From positions 1,472,001 to 1,536,000 of the forward strand of contig CAVYGN010000002.1 of the NCBI GenBank assembly GCA_963768055.1: a stretch of 64,000 bases of DNA. Reading direction: 5' to 3'. The translations under genes were made by a program, and so were the position numbers. Within the stretch, counting starts at the first letter, position 1; every line of letters begins with the position of its first letter. The notes beneath the pieces are model-generated. The model worked only from the letters and a program-made list of their open reading frames with translations, was not told the DNA's origin and did not search any database. The DNA is from an uncultured Spirochaetota bacterium (GTDB lineage: Bacteria > Spirochaetota > Brevinematia > Brevinematales > JAOACQ01). Positions 58,933-64,000 of this stretch are shown here, piece by piece.

Positions 58933-59802
58933 ATGGACTTTCCTGAAAAAATTACGAGAAAATTTGAAGAAGCTATCGGTTCCGGTGCACTTCAATTCTT
59001 TGCCACCGAAGAGAGGATAGTCAGGGACGAAATCGATTTTATGGTATTCGTTCTTAAATATCTGAGCGTGAAGGACAAGAAGTCCTGGAATAAACGTAAA
59101 AACTCACAGGATCAAGAGAATGCTAACGATCCTTTCCTTCCGTATGAAAAGGACCTTTTTATAGACAATATTACCGATACGCATATATGCCTTCTCAATA
59201 AATATAATGTAATGAAAAATCATATTTTGATAGTAACCCGCGAGTTTGAGGATCAGGAATCCGCTTTATCAGAGCCGGATTTTGAGGCTTTATGGCTATG
59301 CATGGAAAAGATCGAAGGTCTCGCTTTCTATAATAGCGGAGAGAAAGCCGGAGCGAGCCAGCGCCATAAGCATATGCAAATAGTCGAACTTCCCCTGGCG
59401 GGGCAAATGGACAAACTGCCGATAGTTCATCTCATTTCCGGTCTCTCAAGCAGTTCAGCCCCATTATTGGTTCCCCGATTCGAATTCAGGCATGGGCTTT
59501 ATTTTTTAACTCCCGAAAAATTACTTGGGAAAAAAAGAGCGGGTTTTTATCTTATGGAAAAATATCTTTCGCTTCTTGAATATACGGGACTTGCTGAAAA
59601 TTGGGGGCCTTACAACCTCCTTATTACTAAAGACTGGATGCTTCTTATCCCTAGAATTCTTGAATGTTATAAAGGAATATCGGTAAATTCTCTTGGATTT
59701 GCCGGTACCTTCCTTGTTAAAGACGCTAAAGATTTCCGGGAAATAGAACGGGCGGGCCTGTTAAAAATACTGGGCTCCGTGGCCAGTCCGTTTGCAGGAT
59801 AA
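58933..59802 (+). CDS. ATP adenylyltransferase / Ap4A phosphorylase (Apa2-like)
   Basis: DPFLPYE, LLNKYNV, FYNSG..AGASQRHKHMQ (HxHxQ), SVNSLGFAG. Confidence 0.88.
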   Translation: MDFPEKITRKFEEAIGSGALQFFATEERIVRDEIDFMVFVLKYLSVKDKKSWNKRKNSQDQENANDPFLPYEKDLFIDNITDTHICLLNKYNVMKNHILIVTREFEDQESALSEPDFEALWLCMEKIEGLAFYNSGEKAGASQRHKHMQIVELPLAGQMDKLPIVHLISGLSSSSAPLLVPRFEFRHGLYFLTPEKLLGKKRAGFYLMEKYLSLLEYTGLAENWGPYNLLITKDWMLLIPRILECYKGISVNSLGFAGTFLVKDAKDFREIERAGLLKILGSVASPFAG

Positions 59803-59843
59803 AAAATTAGCTTGCATTTATAATAAAAATTTATTAAAATTAT

Positions 59844-59867
59844 GGGCACTTCTAATAACCGCCTTTT
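59844..59867. repeat. Solo MITE left end (copy G)
   Basis: GGGCACTTCTAATAACCGCCTTTT matches the left ends of copies C and D. Confidence 0.65.
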
Positions 59868-59915
59868 TAAGGCCTTATGACCGCTGTGGCTTAAATATTC
59901 AGATGCGGGGTGAAT

Positions 59916-61649
59916 ATGGAACTAAAAACAGTAAGGGACCTGATCGAATATATCGGTATATTCGGGACCAAACCGGCTACAAGGATAAAAGAAAAGGACG
60001 ATTCATACAGGGAATGTTCTTTCGACGATTACAAAAGAAACTCGAAATATATTGCCGCATACCTGAGTAAAAAGAAACATATGGAGAAGGGGGATATGGC
60101 CGCCATATATTCCGAAAATAAACCGGAATGGCTGATGGCTTATTTCGGCATAGTATATAACGGACTCTGGGCGGTTCCTCTGGATGCAAGGCTTACCGAT
60201 ATTGAAGTTAAGAACCTGCTTCTTGATTGCGGCGCGAAAATATTATTTTTGTCTAAAAATCTTTATGATAATTTGAGCTCTTCCCCGGAGATTTTACGCC
60301 ATGTTAAAGAATTTATCATATTTGATGATTCCGGGGACGGTTTTAAATATACGAAGAAATTAAAAAAGTTTTCAGAGGTTTTAGACGAGGGTAAAATTCT
60401 TGCAGGAGATATGGCCCCGGTTGAAATTTTTGAAAAAGATACCGCATCGCTGATATACACCTCAGGCACAATGGGGAGCCCGAAGGGGGTTATTCTTTCA
60501 CATGGCAATTTCGCCCATCAATTCAACGCAATACCCAAATCATTACCGTTAAACCAGGAGGATACGCTTCTCTCGGTCCTGCCTCTTCACCATACATTCG
60601 AGTTCTCATGCGAACTTGCCGTTCTGTATATAGGGATATCGATCACTTACGCCGAAAGTTTAAAACCTAATAAAATCTTAGCCAATATTAAGGAAACCAA
60701 TGTGACTTTCATGGCCGGGGTGCCTCTTCTGTATGAAAAAATATACGAGGGTATAATGAGGCAGGTCAGGAATCTCCCCCCCGGGCTCAGGCAGCTGATG
60801 ATGGGTCTTTACTATCTCACATCCGGACTCAACAAGTTGACTAATAATAAAACCGGGAAAACTGTATTCAAATTTTTGAGAAAAAAAGCAAACCTCGTCA
60901 AGATCAGGTTTGTAGTGTCCGGAGCGGCTCCCCTTAATTACAAGGTTGCGAAGGGTTTTGAAACGCTCGGCCTGACAATATTGAACGGGTACGGCCTCAC
61001 CGAGGCTTCCCCGGTAGTAGCGGTAAACCGGGTGGAAAGAAAGATAAAGAACCAATCGGTAGGAATCCCGATCCCCGGCGTGGAGGTCAGGATCGGAGAC
61101 CTGGATGATCAGGGCAACGGTGAAATATTTTTACGAGGCCCCAATATAATGCAGGGTTATTACAAGAATAAAAAGATCGATACTGAACTTATTGATGAAG
61201 ACGGATGGCTTGCAACAGGCGACATAGGCAAATTGGATGATGAGGGTTATCTTTATATAACCGGACGGAAGAAAAGCATTATTGTGACACCGGGCGGTAA
61301 AAATGTCTATCCTGAAGAGATCGAGGAAATCCTGAATTCAAGCCCTTTCATACTGGAATCTCTGATTATAGGGATCCCGCAATCGGAAGACAGCAAGGGC
61401 GAGAATATCTACGCACTTGTGGTCCCCGACTATGAGTATTTCGACACGTTCGGAACTTTGAATTCTTTCAAGATAACGGATGAATTTATTGAGAATACGA
61501 TCGTCAAGCATGTAAGGGAAGTATCAAGCCGTCTGGCGGATTATAAAAAGATCAAAGGCTGGAGGATCAGGAACGAAGAGTTTCCGAAAACATCGACCAG
61601 GAAGATCAAGCGCTATTTATTTTCCGGCAGGGATTTTTTGAGCAGCTAG
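59916..61649 (+). CDS. Long-chain acyl-CoA synthetase (AMP-binding)
   Basis: IYTSGTMGSPKG, LPLHH, GYGLTE, TGDIG, GRKKS..V..GGKNVYPEEIE. Confidence 0.92.
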   Translation: MELKTVRDLIEYIGIFGTKPATRIKEKDDSYRECSFDDYKRNSKYIAAYLSKKKHMEKGDMAAIYSENKPEWLMAYFGIVYNGLWAVPLDARLTDIEVKNLLLDCGAKILFLSKNLYDNLSSSPEILRHVKEFIIFDDSGDGFKYTKKLKKFSEVLDEGKILAGDMAPVEIFEKDTASLIYTSGTMGSPKGVILSHGNFAHQFNAIPKSLPLNQEDTLLSVLPLHHTFEFSCELAVLYIGISITYAESLKPNKILANIKETNVTFMAGVPLLYEKIYEGIMRQVRNLPPGLRQLMMGLYYLTSGLNKLTNNKTGKTVFKFLRKKANLVKIRFVVSGAAPLNYKVAKGFETLGLTILNGYGLTEASPVVAVNRVERKIKNQSVGIPIPGVEVRIGDLDDQGNGEIFLRGPNIMQGYYKNKKIDTELIDEDGWLATGDIGKLDDEGYLYITGRKKSIIVTPGGKNVYPEEIEEILNSSPFILESLIIGIPQSEDSKGENIYALVVPDYEYFDTFGTLNSFKITDEFIENTIVKHVREVSSRLADYKKIKGWRIRNEEFPKTSTRKIKRYLFSGRDFLSS

Positions 61650-61656
61650 AAATCGA

Positions 61657-63237
61657 TCAAAGCGCCAGGAATGAGATGGTGAATTTTGTCCCCTTTCCAT
61701 AGGTGCTTTCGATCTTAATATCGCCCCCATAGTAGGAGAGGGCGTTTTTTACCATGAAAAGACCGAGACCCGCCCCGCTTTCGTTACACTTGACCCCGTC
61801 AGTACCGCGGTAAAACTGCTGAAAAACCTTTCCCTTTTCATCGTCCTTTATGCCTACCCCTGAATCGGCAATATCGATTGTATAATAGTTATCCTTTACA
61901 CAGCCCTGAACGCAGATCGTCCCGTTAGGTTTATTGTATAAAATTGCGTTAGATAACAGCTCGTCAAATATAACCCTCAGTATCGAAGAATTTACAATGA
62001 AATTGTTAAATTCTCCGGGCATAATTATATCGATTTTCAGCTTTTTTTCCATTATCGGGATCTGATAGCCGGGAAGGACCGTTTTTTCAATAAAATCCTT
62101 AACATTGACGGTGTCTTTAAAAAGTTCGTTTACTGAAGATTCCAGTTCCCCGAATGAAAGGGTTTTTTGCACGATGTTCCCGATCCTTTCGATCCTGGTG
62201 CCGAGCTTTTCCAGGATGAGGCTGTTTTCCCCGCCTCCCGCTTTTCCGGATTTGATCTTTTCAAGTTCATCCTTCGCATCCATCACCGGCTTAATAAGGT
62301 GATCGGAAAATCCGTTGATAAACTCATTCTTAAAATTTACAAGCTTAAGGAGTTCCCGGTTTTTATTTTTTATTTTTTCGTAAAGAAGCGAATTATTAAT
62401 AGAAATCGCGGCCTGTCCGGCAAAGATTTCTGCGCTTGACAGGTCTGATGATTTTAGGGCCCCGTCTTTGGATATCGTATCGGCATATAGAACTCCGAGA
62501 AGATCGCCCTTGTACATCAGGGGTACGGCAAGACTTGATATGGAGATTTCACTTTTCTCCAGATTAAGCTTATTATTCACGGATAAAAAACTTTTTCTCG
62601 AGGTCGCACTGTCCAGGATAATCTTCTGGCAGAAGTCAAAATACATCCTGCCGAGTTTGCTGTTTTTTTCATTTATGAATATCTTGGGCGAAAGCTTGCT
62701 CTGCTCGCGAATAAAAAGCATGCCATGGTCGGCCTTTATCGTATCGGTCAGGCTTTTTACGATTTTATTTAGAAGGCAGTCGAGATCCAGGATCGAACCT
62801 ATGTCTTTATTTATCAGCAGTATTTTCCGGATAATTTCGTCTTTCTCGATAAGCTCTTTCATCGACAGCTGGCTTACATTATCCTGTGCTTCGAGAAGCT
62901 GAACCGCGTCCTTTTTTTCCATGATAGTCAGTTCCTGAAGGTTTTCATGGGCCTGGATCATCCTGTCCGCTTCGATCTTTTCCTCCCGCATCATATCCTG
63001 GACGATTTCCTGGGCCTGGATCACCCTGTCCGCCTCAACCCTTTCAACCCGCATTATATCCTGCACTATTTCCTGCGCCTGGAGCATGCGGTCCGCCTCG
63101 ATCAGTTCCTTATTGTACATATCCGACAGGTTCTTATAAGCATTTACCATTTTTTCGAGCCGGTTTATCTGCTCTTCTTTATCTTTTATTAAATCCGCCA
63201 GTTCTTTGATGTTTTTATCGTTAACCGAAGACGGCAT
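61657..63237 (-). CDS. GAF-containing histidine-kinase-like protein with N-terminal 21-aa repeats
   Basis: GAF (LLGVLYAD, QAAISINNSLLY), N-box LLSNA, DSGVGI, GAGLGL; atypical H-box FSDHLIKP. Confidence 0.82.
   Translation of the reverse strand: MPSSVNDKNIKELADLIKDKEEQINRLEKMVNAYKNLSDMYNKELIEADRMLQAQEIVQDIMRVERVEADRVIQAQEIVQDMMREEKIEADRMIQAHENLQELTIMEKKDAVQLLEAQDNVSQLSMKELIEKDEIIRKILLINKDIGSILDLDCLLNKIVKSLTDTIKADHGMLFIREQSKLSPKIFINEKNSKLGRMYFDFCQKIILDSATSRKSFLSVNNKLNLEKSEISISSLAVPLMYKGDLLGVLYADTISKDGALKSSDLSSAEIFAGQAAISINNSLLYEKIKNKNRELLKLVNFKNEFINGFSDHLIKPVMDAKDELEKIKSGKAGGGENSLILEKLGTRIERIGNIVQKTLSFGELESSVNELFKDTVNVKDFIEKTVLPGYQIPIMEKKLKIDIIMPGEFNNFIVNSSILRVIFDELLSNAILYNKPNGTICVQGCVKDNYYTIDIADSGVGIKDDEKGKVFQQFYRGTDGVKCNESGAGLGLFMVKNALSYYGGDIKIESTYGKGTKFTISFLAL
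62950..63103. repeat. 63-bp intragenic tandem repeat (about 2.5 clear units)
   Basis: GCCTGGA..A...TGTCCGC.TC recurs at a 63-bp period and encodes EADR(M/V)(I/L)QA(Q/H)E. Confidence 0.8.
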
Positions 63238-63400
63238 ATTCCACCTCTTAATTTATACGTGATTTAATACGTATATTTATTATATCATCGATTATAACTT
63301 ATTCAAGTAAATGACCATTGATGAGCGATGAATTACTTCGTACACTGCTCTCGAAATGACAATCCTTTGCAGAGTGCTGCAATTTCTGCTATAATTTTAT

Positions 63401-64000
63401 ATGAAAGTATATCTCCCGGTCCATACCGGGTTCTGCCCGGGCGTGAAACTTGCCGAAAAAAAACTGCTGGATTTGAAGATCAAAAATAAAGGCAGGGAAA
63501 TTTACGTCCTCGGCAAACTTATACATAACAACTCGTATATTGAATATCTTAAATCCATAGGAATAAACACCTCCGGGAGCGACGCCGATATCCCCGCGGG
63601 CTCATTTACTATGATAAGGACCCATGGCATCGACCGGAAGATAGAGGACAGGATCCGCAAAAAGCTCGAGGTGGTGGACCTGACCTGTTCGAAGGTCAAG
63701 GCGCTTCAAAAGTACATTCATAAGCTTTCCCTCGAGGGTTTTTTTACGGTTATTACCGGTAAAAAGGACCATCCCGAGATGCTTGGGCTTGTAAGCTATG
63801 CCGCTGGATTTTACGTGATTGAAAACGAGGCCGACCTGGAAGCCTTTATCGGGGGTTTTGATAAAAATATCAGGAAAATACTCGTGATATCGCAGACAAC
63901 CGGAAAACGCACCCTATTCGAGAGCGTGTCGGGGAAGATCATCGAAAAATTTTCCAGAGGACGCGAAATCAGGGTCCATGATTCGATCTGCTCGATCACA
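63401..64000 (+). CDS. ispH: 4-hydroxy-3-methylbut-2-enyl diphosphate reductase (partial; runs off the right edge)
   Basis: Manual translation: MKVYLPVHTGFCPGV, LIHN, IRTHG, DLTCSKV, KKDHPE, SQTT, DSIC. Confidence 0.9.
   Translation, partial: MKVYLPVHTGFCPGVKLAEKKLLDLKIKNKGREIYVLGKLIHNNSYIEYLKSIGINTSGSDADIPAGSFTMIRTHGIDRKIEDRIRKKLEVVDLTCSKVKALQKYIHKLSLEGFFTVITGKKDHPEMLGLVSYAAGFYVIENEADLEAFIGGFDKNIRKILVISQTTGKRTLFESVSGKIIEKFSRGREIRVHDSICSIT

Noticed and set aside
7852..59867. CRISPR interpretation of the repeats
   Set aside because: The repeats are dispersed, not regularly spaced with unique spacers, and no cas genes are present.
63502..63999. Minus-strand ORFs of 65 and 62 aa
   Set aside because: Antisense to the partial ispH on the plus strand.

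Overview
A 64-kb, mostly chromosomal-backbone window from a bacterium that looks like a spirochete. This is inferred from a LipL71-like LysM lipoprotein, an FGE-sulfatase lipoprotein, the fliS/FapA cluster, lpxD and lolA. It carries cellobiose catabolism genes (GH94, GH1), housekeeping genes (aminotransferase, accB, hisF, rpsA, mgsA, riboflavin synthase, queC, recF, glgA, argG, rsfS, lpxD, a 2-oxoacid:ferredoxin oxidoreductase operon, PBP1A, acyl-CoA ligase, ispH) and tRNA-Leu(CAG). It also has a TetR/Fur-controlled LolCDE-like operon with four permeases, a sigma-54 amtB-glnK-glnD locus, one IS1182-family element and several families of small intergenic repeats. The strongest leads are: (1) a surface lipoprotein whose 3' end has the codon signature of a diversity-generating retroelement (DGR) variable region, with no RT or template repeat in the window; (2) a ~270-nt bulged hairpin upstream of amtB; (3) a TTAA-flanked MITE family with nested hairpin insertions that also supplies gene C-termini; (4) archaeal-type orphans (DUF366 coupled to queC, and a COG1031-like radical SAM); (5) an ACG-initiated GNAT and a histidine kinase with an atypical H-box. 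All calls come from reading motifs by eye; no database searches were run.
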